From Anaerolineae bacterium (GTDB lineage: Bacteria > Chloroflexota > Anaerolineae > Aggregatilineales > Phototrophicaceae), in assembly GCA_022841825.1 (NCBI GenBank), contig JALHQT010000006.1:371378-435377 (forward strand): 64,000 nucleotides of DNA. The letters are read 5' to 3'. The notes below the pieces were generated by a model. That model was not told the DNA's origin, did no database searches, and was given only the letters and a program-made list of their open reading frames with translations. Each line of letters starts with the position of its first letter. Within the stretch, counting starts at the first letter, position 1. Made by a program: the position numbers and the translations under genes. Below are positions 35,843-44,806 of the stretch, one piece after another.

Positions 35843-36097
35843 ATGGCAAAACTGAAACTCGACCTGCACGCGATCTACAACGACAGCGCGAAGATCGACC
35901 GCGAGTTGGAGCGCATCATCAACGAGGCGGTCGAAAAGAAGATCGAGCTGGTCGAGATCATCCCCGGCAAGGGCAGCGGGCAGCTCAAGAAGAAGGTGCT
36001 GCGCTTCCTCAACCAGCCGCACGTCAAAAAGGTCTTCCATCGCATCGAGAAGGACGACAAGAACTTCGGGCGCATCTTCGTCCACTTCCGCTTCTAA
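35843..36097 (+). CDS. Stand-alone Smr (small MutS-related) domain protein
   Basis: 84 aa. LKLDLHA and IIPGKGSGQLKKKV correspond to the LDLHG and HGxG motifs of Smr domains. The gap after the kinase gene is 3 nt. Confidence 0.65.
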   Translation: MAKLKLDLHAIYNDSAKIDRELERIINEAVEKKIELVEIIPGKGSGQLKKKVLRFLNQPHVKKVFHRIEKDDKNFGRIFVHFRF

Positions 36098-36108
36098 CAT
36101 TGGCGTCC

Positions 36109-36152
36109 CTGGCGTCATGGCGGCTGAACGTATTGAACCGCCATGACGCCAG
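36109..36152. terminator. Perfect 15-bp hairpin between convergent genes
   Basis: ctggcgtcatggcgg (36109-36123) pairs with ccgccatgacgccag (36138-36152), with a 14-nt loop. It uses the same word family as 27575-27636. Confidence 0.6.
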
Positions 36153-36176
36153 AATCACCAGGGATAAACCGCTCGC

Positions 36177-37232
36177 CTAAGAAATCTGGACAGGGGCATC
36201 GCTGAGAGCGCCATCCCGTCCCGCGACCAGCAGCAAACTTATCAACAACCCGACCATGCCCGCCAGGAAGACCGCGCCCGACCAGACGTGAATGCTCCAC
36301 GTCACGCGCGCCGCAGCTTCGATGGTGACGAAGTAGAGCGCGTAGTAGACCGCAGGCACGGCATACGCAAATACGCGAAATGCGTTCGGGCGTGCCAGTG
36401 ACGGGCGCAGTGACAACACCAGCACATCGGCGATCAACCCCGCGACCAGCGCGCCGGGGATGAGCAGAAAAAAGTCGTTGAGAATTGTCATCAGCAGCGC
36501 ATGAAGCCCGAACATCACGGTAAACGCGCCGAACGGCAGCTTCCAGCGCGAGACGAGCAGCAGAGACGCGCCCGCCAGCAGCGCCGCCTGCCACAGCACC
36601 GCGATCACGCCCAAATCCTGCGTCTCGCCGCGCCCAAAGCTCGCCGCCTGCACCTGAAGCATCGGGTTGGCGTAGCTGGTGAAGAACGCCGCCAGCGCAA
36701 AGACCATCGTCACCGCCAGGATCGAAGGACCCAGTTCGCGCCATCCGCGCCCGCCCGTCCGTGCCCACGCCGCCCGCAGCGGACCCGTGAAGACCAGCGC
36801 CATCCCGATGGCGAGCATGATGTGCGTCGGACTGGTGAGTGCTTCGCTCCCATCTTCAATACCGAACAGCGTATGCCAGATCATGTCACCCAATCCGCCG
36901 ACGGCGAACAGCGCCACGCCCAGCAGCGACAGCCAGTATCCAACAGGCAGCGCCTGCGTGAAGGCGTGTCCCTTCTGCACATTGCGCCACTGATGCCAGC
37001 CCGTAAACAACGCGACCAGACCAAACGCGCTGTAAAAGAGGAAGTGCCAGGGCGTGAAGAAGCTGTCGTCAACCAACCCGTGAAAGTGCGCCCAGCCATC
37101 CACCCACAAGCCCGCGATGAAGATCCCAGACAGAATGATAAACGCCCAGTCGAACCCCAGTCCGCCAGCAGGATGCCCCGAAATCCGTCGGACAGCCGCC
37201 GTCTGCCCGCCCGTCTGTGTCATCGTCGCCAT
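36177..37232 (-). CDS. Polytopic membrane protein of unknown function
   Basis: 351 aa with about 9-10 hydrophobic helices. His/Trp-rich loops (WVDGWAHFHGLVDDSFFTPWHF, GDMIWHTLFGIEDGSE). GC3-rich. Confidence 0.6.
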   Translation of the reverse strand: MATMTQTGGQTAAVRRISGHPAGGLGFDWAFIILSGIFIAGLWVDGWAHFHGLVDDSFFTPWHFLFYSAFGLVALFTGWHQWRNVQKGHAFTQALPVGYWLSLLGVALFAVGGLGDMIWHTLFGIEDGSEALTSPTHIMLAIGMALVFTGPLRAAWARTGGRGWRELGPSILAVTMVFALAAFFTSYANPMLQVQAASFGRGETQDLGVIAVLWQAALLAGASLLLVSRWKLPFGAFTVMFGLHALLMTILNDFFLLIPGALVAGLIADVLVLSLRPSLARPNAFRVFAYAVPAVYYALYFVTIEAAARVTWSIHVWSGAVFLAGMVGLLISLLLVAGRDGALSDAPVQIS

Positions 37233-37495
37233 ACTTCCCCCATCATGAACATCAAGTCATCAATATAACGGACACGCACTGTATACGCGAAAGAGCAGAC
37301 GAATGTTGCGATTGCTCAGAAAGACAACATCTGCTCAATATATCTTCTCTTGGCGCCCTTTGCGTGATGGCGGTTCAGTCCAATCAACCGCTATGACGCC
37401 ATGAACGCCAGGCATACGTTACCCGATATAATTGGCATTCGTGGGCGGTTTGCGGTTCAATTGCCCAGCATTTCTATCTGGACTTCCTTAAGTTT

Positions 37496-38785
37496 ATGCC
37501 GTCTGTCCCAAAACCCGACCAGGCGACCGCCAACCATGCGCTGCGCCTGATGCTCCGTGAGCGCAGCATCATGAGCGCGCTCGTCGCCTTCCACAGAGGA
37601 ACAGGCGATGTCTTTCGCCTGTCACTTCCCGGCTTTTCACCCATCATCGTCGCCAGCCCCGATGCCAACCGTTTCGTGCTGGTGACCGCCAAAGACAATT
37701 TCGCCTGGCGTACCGAAGGCGATCCGGTCGCGCAGCTTCTGGGGCATGGGATGCTGGTCGAAGATGGCGCCGTTCACGATGACGCCCGCGCGCTGGCGAA
37801 CCCGCTGCTGCACAAGCGCGCGATCGGCGGCTATCTGGCGACCATGTCCGCGCTGACCGACCGCGCGATTGCCGGATGGGCGGACGAAGCGGTGCTCGAC
37901 ATGGCGGTCGAGATGCGCAGGATCACGCTGAACATCGTCATGAAGACGCTGTTCGAGGTCGATTTCGCGCCGGAAATCGCGCGCCTGTGGAATCCGCTGC
38001 TGCGGCTGCTGCGCTTCATTTCGCCGGGCTGGTGGATGGTCTTGCCGGGTATCCCGCAGCCCGGTGTCGCCCGCGCCCGCGCCCTGTTCGATGAATATCT
38101 CTACCGCATCATCCGCGCCCGCCGCGAGATGCCGCAGGGAGAAGACCTGCTCGGCGTCCTCGTCCGTACGCCTGGCTTGCGCGACGAGCAGGTGCGCGAC
38201 CAGGTCATGACGATGATCGTCGCCGGACACGACACCATCGCCGCGCTGCTGTCGTGGGCGGTCTATGTCCTCAGCCAGCGGCAGGACATCCAGGCGCAGG
38301 CGCGCGACGAAGTGCGCGCCGTCCTGGGCGACGCCGCACCGGACATGGCAGCCCTGGGCAAACTGACGTATCTCGGCTGCGTGGTTGATGAGACGCTGCG
38401 CCTGTACCCGCCCGCGCACCTCGGCAACCGCCGCGTAGTCGAGCCAACCAACTTCAACGGCTACGCCTTCGAGGCGGGCGAGCGGCTCGGCTATTCAATT
38501 TACCTCTCCCATCGGCATCCGGAGTTCTGGGACGCGCCGGAAGACTTCAAACCGGAGCGCTTTCTCGAAAGCCACGAGGCGTTCAGCTTCGTGCCGTTTG
38601 GCGGCGGCGAACGCACCTGCATCGGCATGAATTACGCGCTCTACGAGGCGAAAGTCGTCCTTGCGCGGCTGCTGCAGAAAGTCGATCTGCTGCCCGTGCC
38701 CGGCGCGGTCCGCCAATCGATGATGGTCACGCTCCAGCCAAAGGCGCGCGGCGGCGGGGCGTTCGTACGGGTACAGTGTCGGTGA
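37496..38785 (+). CDS. Cytochrome P450
   Basis: 429 aa. I-helix VAGHDT, ExxR (DETLRL), heme loop FGGGERTCIGMNYA. Confidence 0.9.
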   Translation: MPSVPKPDQATANHALRLMLRERSIMSALVAFHRGTGDVFRLSLPGFSPIIVASPDANRFVLVTAKDNFAWRTEGDPVAQLLGHGMLVEDGAVHDDARALANPLLHKRAIGGYLATMSALTDRAIAGWADEAVLDMAVEMRRITLNIVMKTLFEVDFAPEIARLWNPLLRLLRFISPGWWMVLPGIPQPGVARARALFDEYLYRIIRARREMPQGEDLLGVLVRTPGLRDEQVRDQVMTMIVAGHDTIAALLSWAVYVLSQRQDIQAQARDEVRAVLGDAAPDMAALGKLTYLGCVVDETLRLYPPAHLGNRRVVEPTNFNGYAFEAGERLGYSIYLSHRHPEFWDAPEDFKPERFLESHEAFSFVPFGGGERTCIGMNYALYEAKVVLARLLQKVDLLPVPGAVRQSMMVTLQPKARGGGAFVRVQCR

Positions 38786-38817
38786 ACCCTGCGTGGATGC
38801 ATATGCTCGAAAGGTAT

Positions 38818-38925
38818 GTGCGAGGTGCGCAGTGCGAGGTGCGAAAAAGCATTTCTCGGGCGGGCTGAATGCCGCCTCGACACACCGGTCGTGTTTGTTC
38901 GCACTGCGCACTTCGCACCTCGCAC
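38818..38925. repeat. Heptamer-repeat hairpin: 4 x GTGCGNN, ~52-nt spacer, 4 x NNCGCAC (likely bidirectional terminator)
   Basis: gtgcgag gtgcgca gtgcgag gtgcgaa (38818-38845) and ttcgcac tgcgcac ttcgcac ctcgcac (38898-38925). The arms are complementary apart from about 3 mismatches. It lies between the P450 stop (38785) and the rimI stop (38927). Confidence 0.6.
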
Positions 38926-38926
38926 T

Positions 38927-39535
38927 CTAATTTCGCGGTCTCTCTGCCAGCGTGTAATGGTCGCTGTGCGGAATGCGCTGACGCAGGGCGCTGTGACGCT
39001 CATGGAACGCGCGGACGACGGATGCATCTTTGAATTCCAGCCGCATGTCATAGGCGTCTTCGCCGTTGTTGTGGTAGTAACCCTTTTTCGTATCGACAAT
39101 CCTGAAGCCGTACTTGTGGTAGAGGTTCTGCGCCGTAACGTTGCTGACGCGCACCTCCAGCACCACATACGCCGCCTGATAGTGGAGGGCTTTCGCGACC
39201 ATCGCCGCCAATACCACCTCGCCCAGCCCGCGCCCACGATAGGACGGATGAGTGGCGATGGTGCTGATGTGTGCCTCGTCCACGATATTCCACAAGCCGC
39301 CATATGCCAGGATACGATGCACAGCCGTTGGGCGCGTGCCAAACCAGCGCTGCCAGACCGGCAGCCTGGACGAGTTCTCGACCTGCTCCAGCACGATCAT
39401 GTGGCTGTACTGCGACTCGCGGATTTCGTAATCATACGAACGCGCCGTCCAGGGTGGATTGAATGACTGCTGGTCAATTGAGACGACCTGCGCAATATCC
39501 GAGGTGCGCATATAGCGCAGATTGAGCGAGGTCAT
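38927..39535 (-). CDS. rimI: Ribosomal-protein-alanine N-acetyltransferase (GNAT)
   Basis: 202 aa. SYRGRGLGEVVL acetyl-CoA motif. It is the last gene of the tsaE-tsaB-rimI arrangement. Confidence 0.7.
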   Translation of the reverse strand: MTSLNLRYMRTSDIAQVVSIDQQSFNPPWTARSYDYEIRESQYSHMIVLEQVENSSRLPVWQRWFGTRPTAVHRILAYGGLWNIVDEAHISTIATHPSYRGRGLGEVVLAAMVAKALHYQAAYVVLEVRVSNVTAQNLYHKYGFRIVDTKKGYYHNNGEDAYDMRLEFKDASVVRAFHERHSALRQRIPHSDHYTLAERPRN

Positions 39536-39538
39536 CGT

Positions 39539-40216
39539 TCAGGGCAGGTCTTTCGTTTTGATGTAGGCAGGAACCAACCGCGCCGCCGGGAAATCCGTCT
39601 CGTGACCGCGCAGGCGCGTCCACGCTTCCTCCGCCATAAACCCGGCACGTCGCAGGCGATGGGCAGCAGACGCTATCGTCACCGGGACGCCCTCCCCCTG
39701 AGCCGCGATCAGCGCGGCGTGTCCGTCGTGGTCAATCTCGCCAGTAATCGTCGCGGGACCATCAATCGTGGCGATCAGCGTATCCCACGTCATCAGCAGC
39801 GGCTCGTTGCGCGCCTTCCAGCGCCCCTTACGCCATTGGTACGCCCCGGCGATCACGCGCCCGCGCCCCGCCTGGATGACCGTGACCAATCCGCCCGGCA
39901 CCTGCGGATGACCATAAGCGAGGATGTCGAGCGACGCGACGCCGACCAGTGGCAGCTTGCGCGCGGACGCGATCCCTTTCGCCAGCGCGACGCCGATGCG
40001 CAAGCCTGTGTAAGAGCCAGGACCGCTGCAAACCGCCAGTGCGGTCAGATCAGGCACGCCCACGCCGCAGCGCCCCAACAGGTGCTGGATCGACGGCGCG
40101 AGTTCCGTCGCGTGGCTGTTGCCGGGGGAGCGCCATGCTTCTTCGCCCACAAGCGCGTGTCCATCATGCAGCGCCAGCGTAGAGATGTTCGTTGCAGTAT
40201 CGATAGCAAGCAGCAT
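39539..40216 (-). CDS. tsaB: tRNA t6A37 threonylcarbamoyl transfer protein TsaB
   Basis: 225 aa. MLLAIDTATN...GPGSYTGLRIGVA. Confidence 0.85.
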   Translation of the reverse strand: MLLAIDTATNISTLALHDGHALVGEEAWRSPGNSHATELAPSIQHLLGRCGVGVPDLTALAVCSGPGSYTGLRIGVALAKGIASARKLPLVGVASLDILAYGHPQVPGGLVTVIQAGRGRVIAGAYQWRKGRWKARNEPLLMTWDTLIATIDGPATITGEIDHDGHAALIAAQGEGVPVTIASAAHRLRRAGFMAEEAWTRLRGHETDFPAARLVPAYIKTKDLP

Positions 40217-40244
40217 TTCGGATCACTTTTGCCGTCGAACGGCG

Positions 40245-40790
40245 TTATGGCTTTAAGCTTTTGTCTTTGCTGCCCAATGCAGCCGCACGAAACAGTCCGA
40301 TCAGCGTTTGATAGCGCTTCCCCGCGCCTTCCAGCACGATGCTGCGGCGCGTTGTCTCCACGATGCGGATGTCTATCCACAAACGTTCGGTAGGCAGCGC
40401 TTCCTTGATATGCTCGGGCCACTCGAAGATGGAGATGGTCGCACCGTTTAGAATGTCGTCCAACCCGATGGTCTCGGCTTCCAGCACATCTGACAGGCGG
40501 TAGCAATCCAGATGGAAGAGCTTGACCGTATCTTTCTTGCGGCGATGCACATGCACGAGGTTGTAGGTCGGGCTGGTCAGCGGCGGCTCTGCGCCCCAAC
40601 CTTTACCAACGCCACTGGCAAACATGGTCTTGCCCGCGCCCATGTCGCCCGACAAACAGATAACATCGCCAACCTCCAGCAGCGCGCCAAGACGCATGCC
40701 AAGACGCGCGGTCTGCTGCGGGTTATAGCTGATGATATCGAGTTGGTCGTCACGAATTATGGTCACGGCGCACCCTTCGTGCGGAAACAT
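40245..40790 (-). CDS. tsaE: tRNA t6A37 ATPase TsaE
   Basis: Starts at the internal ATG 40790 (MFPHEGCAV...). LSGDMGAGKTMFASGVGKGWG and SPTYNLVHV motifs. The upstream 49 codons of the track ORF are probably not translated. Confidence 0.8.
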   Translation of the reverse strand: MFPHEGCAVTIIRDDQLDIISYNPQQTARLGMRLGALLEVGDVICLSGDMGAGKTMFASGVGKGWGAEPPLTSPTYNLVHVHRRKKDTVKLFHLDCYRLSDVLEAETIGLDDILNGATISIFEWPEHIKEALPTERLWIDIRIVETTRRSIVLEGAGKRYQTLIGLFRAAALGSKDKSLKP

Positions 40791-40927
40791 CCTGATGATT
40801 ATAGCCTGATGTGCCAGTGTTGGAAGTCCACAGAGAGTCCCGATCATTAAACCCTTAATGCGCCGTAACACCGTCTTGACTTTAGAATCACATAAGGTTT
40901 CATCACCAGTGGATTGAGGCGGGTAGG

Positions 40928-42766
40928 ATGCCTTCATTTTTACAACGCAAACTCAGTGAACAAGCACAGCGCGAAGCCGCCTTGCATGCGTCAGCAGCGG
41001 ACCGCGAAGCCGACTCGTTTGAGCTGGAGGAGCCGTCGTTCGACGACGACCCGCCCTTTGACGATGTTCCTTCTCCCAGCCACTTCGCCGTGACCGCCCC
41101 GATAGGCGGCGGCGTATCCGCCGACGACTTCTACAACCCCGCCGACGATCCGGACGCGGGCAATCCCTATGCTGCTTATCCCCCACCAGCGCCAGAGTCC
41201 GCTGGAGATGCGTCGAAACGCGATGCTGCCCATCGCAGCGATGTGCCGGAGACGCGCATGAGCGAACCGGAAGCCCGTGGCAGCGGCTTCGCAGAAACAC
41301 CGACCGCGCCCGCCCCACCCCCTACAGTCACGACGACAAACGGCAAACACAACGGCAGCGGCAAATCGGCTGCGCAAGAGTTCGCGCCGGCTCCCGTGTC
41401 GTCCAAAAAGCGCAATGTGCCCGATGATGGAAAGCGGCGGCTGCCCTCAAAACTGTCGGCGCTGCGCAAGGTACTGCGTGGCAAAGTCCTGCGTCACCCG
41501 GACGAAGCCGATAGCTGGGAGCGCGGCGAAGCAGACCGCGAGCATCTGATCGTGGATCGACTGCGTCGCATCTTTGAGCAGATGTCGAAGGAGAATACGG
41601 GGCTGCGCCTTTCGGATGACGAATTCGAGCAGTTGAGCGAGGCAATCCTGGATGATGTCCTCGGTTTTGGCGCGATAGACTCGCTCGTGCGCGACCGTTC
41701 CTGCGCCGAGATCATGGTCAACGGACCCGACACCATCTATGCCGAACACAAGGGCAAGCTAACCGAGACCGACCTGGTCTACGACGACGAAGAGCATGTG
41801 CTGTGGACAGCGCAGCGTATCATTCGCCCGCTCCAGCGCACGCTCGACCGCCAGCATCCGATGGTCGATGCGCGTCTGCCGGATGGCTCGCGCGTACACA
41901 TCGTCTCACAGCCTTCCGCGCTGAATGGCACGACCATCACCATCCGCAAGTTCCCGGAGAAGCGCCTGACGATTCAAGATCTGGTCAGCTTTGGGTCGAT
42001 CACCAAAGATGTCGCCGATTTCCTGGAAGCCTGCGTCATTTCGCGCCTGAACTGCGTCGTCAGCGGCGGCACCGGCAGCGGTAAGACGACCCTGCTCAAC
42101 ATCCTGAGCAGCTTCATCCCGGACAGCGAACGCATCCTCACCATCGAAGACGCTGCGGAACTGCAACTCAACCAGCGGCATGTTGTCCGTCTGGAAACCG
42201 CTCCGCCCGTCCCGAACGGCGACGGCAAGATCGGCTCGCTCTCGATCCGCGAACTGGTGCGAGGCTCCCTGCGCATGCGCCCCGACCGCATCGTCGTCGG
42301 CGAATGCCGAGGGGGTGAAGCGCTCGATATGCTCCAGGCAATGAACACCGGGCACGATGGCTCGCTGACGACCGTCCACAGCAACAACCCGCGCGATTGC
42401 GTCGGGCGACTGGAAACCCTGTGCCTGATGGCGGGCATGGATCTGCCGCTCAATGTCGTCCGCCGTCAGATCGTCAGCGCGGTCGATCTCATCATCCAGC
42501 AGGCGCGCCTGCGCGATGGCAGCCGCAAAGTCGTGCAGATCTCGGAGATTCAGGGCATGGAAGGCGAACAAGTCATCATCCAGGATGTCTTCGTCTACCG
42601 CACACCGGGCTTCACCGGGCAGGGTTATTCACACGAAGGCGGCGGCAAGCTGGAGCCGACTGGCTTCCGTCCCAAGTTCGTGGATCGCTTTGAGCAGTAC
42701 GGCATTAAGTTGCCGGGGCGCATCTTCGGTGCAGGCGGAAACAACTTCAACAAGAACGGCAGTTAG
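40928..42766 (+). CDS. CpaF/TadA-family type II/IV secretion ATPase with a ~230-aa disordered acidic/Pro-rich N-terminal extension
   Basis: 612 aa. Walker A VSGGTGSGKTTLLNIL, Asp box ILTIEDAAEL, Walker B RPDRIVVGECRGGEA, His box GHDGSLTTVHSN. Confidence 0.88.
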   Translation: MPSFLQRKLSEQAQREAALHASAADREADSFELEEPSFDDDPPFDDVPSPSHFAVTAPIGGGVSADDFYNPADDPDAGNPYAAYPPPAPESAGDASKRDAAHRSDVPETRMSEPEARGSGFAETPTAPAPPPTVTTTNGKHNGSGKSAAQEFAPAPVSSKKRNVPDDGKRRLPSKLSALRKVLRGKVLRHPDEADSWERGEADREHLIVDRLRRIFEQMSKENTGLRLSDDEFEQLSEAILDDVLGFGAIDSLVRDRSCAEIMVNGPDTIYAEHKGKLTETDLVYDDEEHVLWTAQRIIRPLQRTLDRQHPMVDARLPDGSRVHIVSQPSALNGTTITIRKFPEKRLTIQDLVSFGSITKDVADFLEACVISRLNCVVSGGTGSGKTTLLNILSSFIPDSERILTIEDAAELQLNQRHVVRLETAPPVPNGDGKIGSLSIRELVRGSLRMRPDRIVVGECRGGEALDMLQAMNTGHDGSLTTVHSNNPRDCVGRLETLCLMAGMDLPLNVVRRQIVSAVDLIIQQARLRDGSRKVVQISEIQGMEGEQVIIQDVFVYRTPGFTGQGYSHEGGGKLEPTGFRPKFVDRFEQYGIKLPGRIFGAGGNNFNKNGS

Positions 42767-42770
42767 CAGG

Positions 42771-42800
42771 ACGGGGGCAAATGCCCCCGTTTTCTATTTC
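42771..42800 (+). terminator. Intrinsic terminator after the CpaF-like gene
   Basis: acgggggc aaat gcccccgt: an 8-bp GC stem with a 4-nt loop, followed by tttctatttc. Confidence 0.7.
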
Positions 42801-43549
42801 GGGTAATCGACCGCCAATTCCATGCCCGCCAGCGCCGCGCCGACGATGCCCGCGTCATTAAACATCTGCGCCGGGACAATCGGCGTGCGGATGGACAGGA
42901 ACGGGATGAACTTCTCGTGGTTCTTGCTCGCGCCGCCGCCGACGATGATCAGGTCGGGCCAGAACAGCCGCTCGACCACAACCAGATACTCATCCAGCCG
43001 TTTCGCCCAATCCTTCCACGACAGGTCTTTCTTGACGCGCGCGCGGTCGCTGGCGCGCAGCTCGGCGTCTTTGCCGCGCACTTCCAGGTGTCCCAGCTCG
43101 GTATTCGGCACCAGCTTGCCATCCACAAACAGCGCAGTGCCAATGCCTGTGCCGAGCGTGATCATCATCACCAGCCCTTTTACCTCGCGCCCCGCCCCAA
43201 AGCGGATCTCGGCAAGCCCGGCGGCGTCGGCATCATTCACGATGCTGGTCTTACACTGCGTCGCATGTTCGATCAGCGTCTTGGCGTCCAGGTTGATCCA
43301 CCCTTCATCCACGTTCGCCGCCGTCAGCGTCACGCCATTCTTGACCACGCCGGGGTAGCCGCAGCCAATGCGGGCATCCCAATGGAAGTGTTTGGCGATC
43401 TCGGCGATACAGTCCGCACATGCCTTTGGCGTCGAAGGATCGGGGGTGATCAGTCGGAGACGCTCGGCGAGGAGCTGCCCCGTCTCAATGTCAACAGGCG
43501 CGCCCTTGATGCCGCTGCCACCAATGTCGATGCCTAAAACCTGCGTCAT
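42794..43549 (-). CDS. ppgK: Polyphosphate/ATP glucokinase (ROK family)
   Basis: 251 aa. [61 protein letters not shown]. Confidence 0.88.
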   Translation of the reverse strand: MTQVLGIDIGGSGIKGAPVDIETGQLLAERLRLITPDPSTPKACADCIAEIAKHFHWDARIGCGYPGVVKNGVTLTAANVDEGWINLDAKTLIEHATQCKTSIVNDADAAGLAEIRFGAGREVKGLVMMITLGTGIGTALFVDGKLVPNTELGHLEVRGKDAELRASDRARVKKDLSWKDWAKRLDEYLVVVERLFWPDLIIVGGGASKNHEKFIPFLSIRTPIVPAQMFNDAGIVGAALAGMELAVDYPK

Positions 43550-43602
43550 AATTTCGCCTCCTACAATAACAACAGAATCGCATAACGCATTGCTCTATTT
43601 TT

Positions 43603-43690
43603 AACACGAAGGCACGAAGAAAACGAAGGAACACGAAGGATTTGAGCAGATTTTCTCCGTGCACCTCCGTTACCTTCGTCACTTCGTGTT
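43603..43690. repeat. Imperfect hairpin built from ACGAAGG heptamer/octamer repeats
   Basis: aacacgaaggcacgaagaaaacgaaggaacacgaagga (43603-43640) faces tccgtgcacctccgttaccttcgtcacttcgtgtt (43656-43690). Confidence 0.5.
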
Positions 43691-43745
43691 TCAATTTTCT
43701 TCACGCGCATTGCACGTTACAATGACAATCTGCCTACTCGACATC

Positions 43746-44675
43746 ATGAACAGAAAGCGTCGCGCGCTCATGCAGTACCTCCCGTTCGACAAACCGGGTC
43801 GCTTTTATCGCGGCAATCTGCATACACACTCAACACGTTCCGATGGGCGCAAATCGCCCGACGAGGTCTGCCGTTTCTACCGTGAAATGGGTTACCACTT
43901 CCTCTCGATTACCGACCACTTCCTCGATCAGTATGGCTATCCGATCACCGATACCAGCCTGTGCTGGGACGATAACTTCATCACCATCCTGGGTGCGGAA
44001 CTGCACGCGGGCAAGACCGAGATCGGCGAAATGTGGCACATCCTCGCCAATGGTCTGCCGAGCGATTTCGCCCGCCCGCTGCCGGGAGAAACAGGACCCG
44101 AGATCGCCAAACGCGCGCTCGATGCCGGGGCGTTCGTCACCGCCGCCCATCCCGCCTGGTACGACCTGGGCGAGGCGGACATCCTCTCGCTCGGTCCCGT
44201 CCACGCCATCGAGATCGTCAATGGTATCTCCGCCGACCACAACGACCGACTCTACTCATGGCACATCGTGGATCGATTGGCGGCGCTCGGACATCGCTAC
44301 AGCGCGCTCGCGACGGACGATGCCCATTTTCACGACCGCCATCAGGACTTGCTGCGCGGTTGGGTGTGGGTCAAGGCGCAAGAGCTGACGCCGCAGGCGA
44401 TCCTCGATGCGCTCAAGGCGGGCGACACCTACAACAGCACGGGTCCACAGTTTTTCGATGTCCAGATCATTCCCGGCGACAAAGTCCATGTGCGCTGCTC
44501 GCCTGCCCAGCAGATCATGGTCACCGGCAAGGGACCCGAAGCGCACACGCTGCACGGCAATGGCTTGATCGAGGGCGAGATTTCGCTCAAGCGCTGGCGC
44601 AGCCCCTACTGCCGCGTCACCATCCGCGACCGTCACGGCGAACTCGCCTGGACGAACATCATCTGGTTTGATTAG
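43746..44675 (+). CDS. PHP-domain (polymerase/histidinol phosphatase-like) metal-dependent phosphoesterase
   Basis: GNLHTHSTRSDG near the N-terminus and later AAHPAWY and DDAHF. The start is ATG 43746 or 43770. Confidence 0.7.
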   Translation: MNRKRRALMQYLPFDKPGRFYRGNLHTHSTRSDGRKSPDEVCRFYREMGYHFLSITDHFLDQYGYPITDTSLCWDDNFITILGAELHAGKTEIGEMWHILANGLPSDFARPLPGETGPEIAKRALDAGAFVTAAHPAWYDLGEADILSLGPVHAIEIVNGISADHNDRLYSWHIVDRLAALGHRYSALATDDAHFHDRHQDLLRGWVWVKAQELTPQAILDALKAGDTYNSTGPQFFDVQIIPGDKVHVRCSPAQQIMVTGKGPEAHTLHGNGLIEGEISLKRWRSPYCRVTIRDRHGELAWTNIIWFD

Positions 44676-44677
44676 CC

Positions 44678-44777
44678 GTGCGAAGTGTGTACGTGCATTA
44701 CATGAGCGACAGGCGGGGTTTGTTTTTTCGCACTACGCACCTCGCACGTCGCACCACGCACCATGCACCACGCACCC
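44678..44777. repeat. Heptamer array: 7 x CGCACNN preceded by a short complementary GTGCG block
   Basis: gtgcgaagtgtgtacgtgca (44678-44697) ... cgcacta cgcacct cgcacgt cgcacca cgcacca tgcacca cgcaccc (44729-44777). Confidence 0.6.
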
Positions 44778-44806
44778 GCAGCAGTATTGAGAATGGACTC
44801 AACGCA

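Noticed and set aside
34877-36118. 413-aa reverse-strand ORF opposite the PfkB kinase and Smr genes
   Set aside because: It spans two well-supported plus-strand genes and their junction, and its Arg/Asp/Ala-rich composition is typical of antisense frames in high-GC DNA.
44729-44777. Heptamer arrays considered as CRISPR arrays or as coding low-complexity repeats
   Set aside because: The units are 7 nt with no spacers, against 24-48-nt CRISPR repeats with unique spacers. No cas genes are present, and the arrays lie outside supported reading frames.
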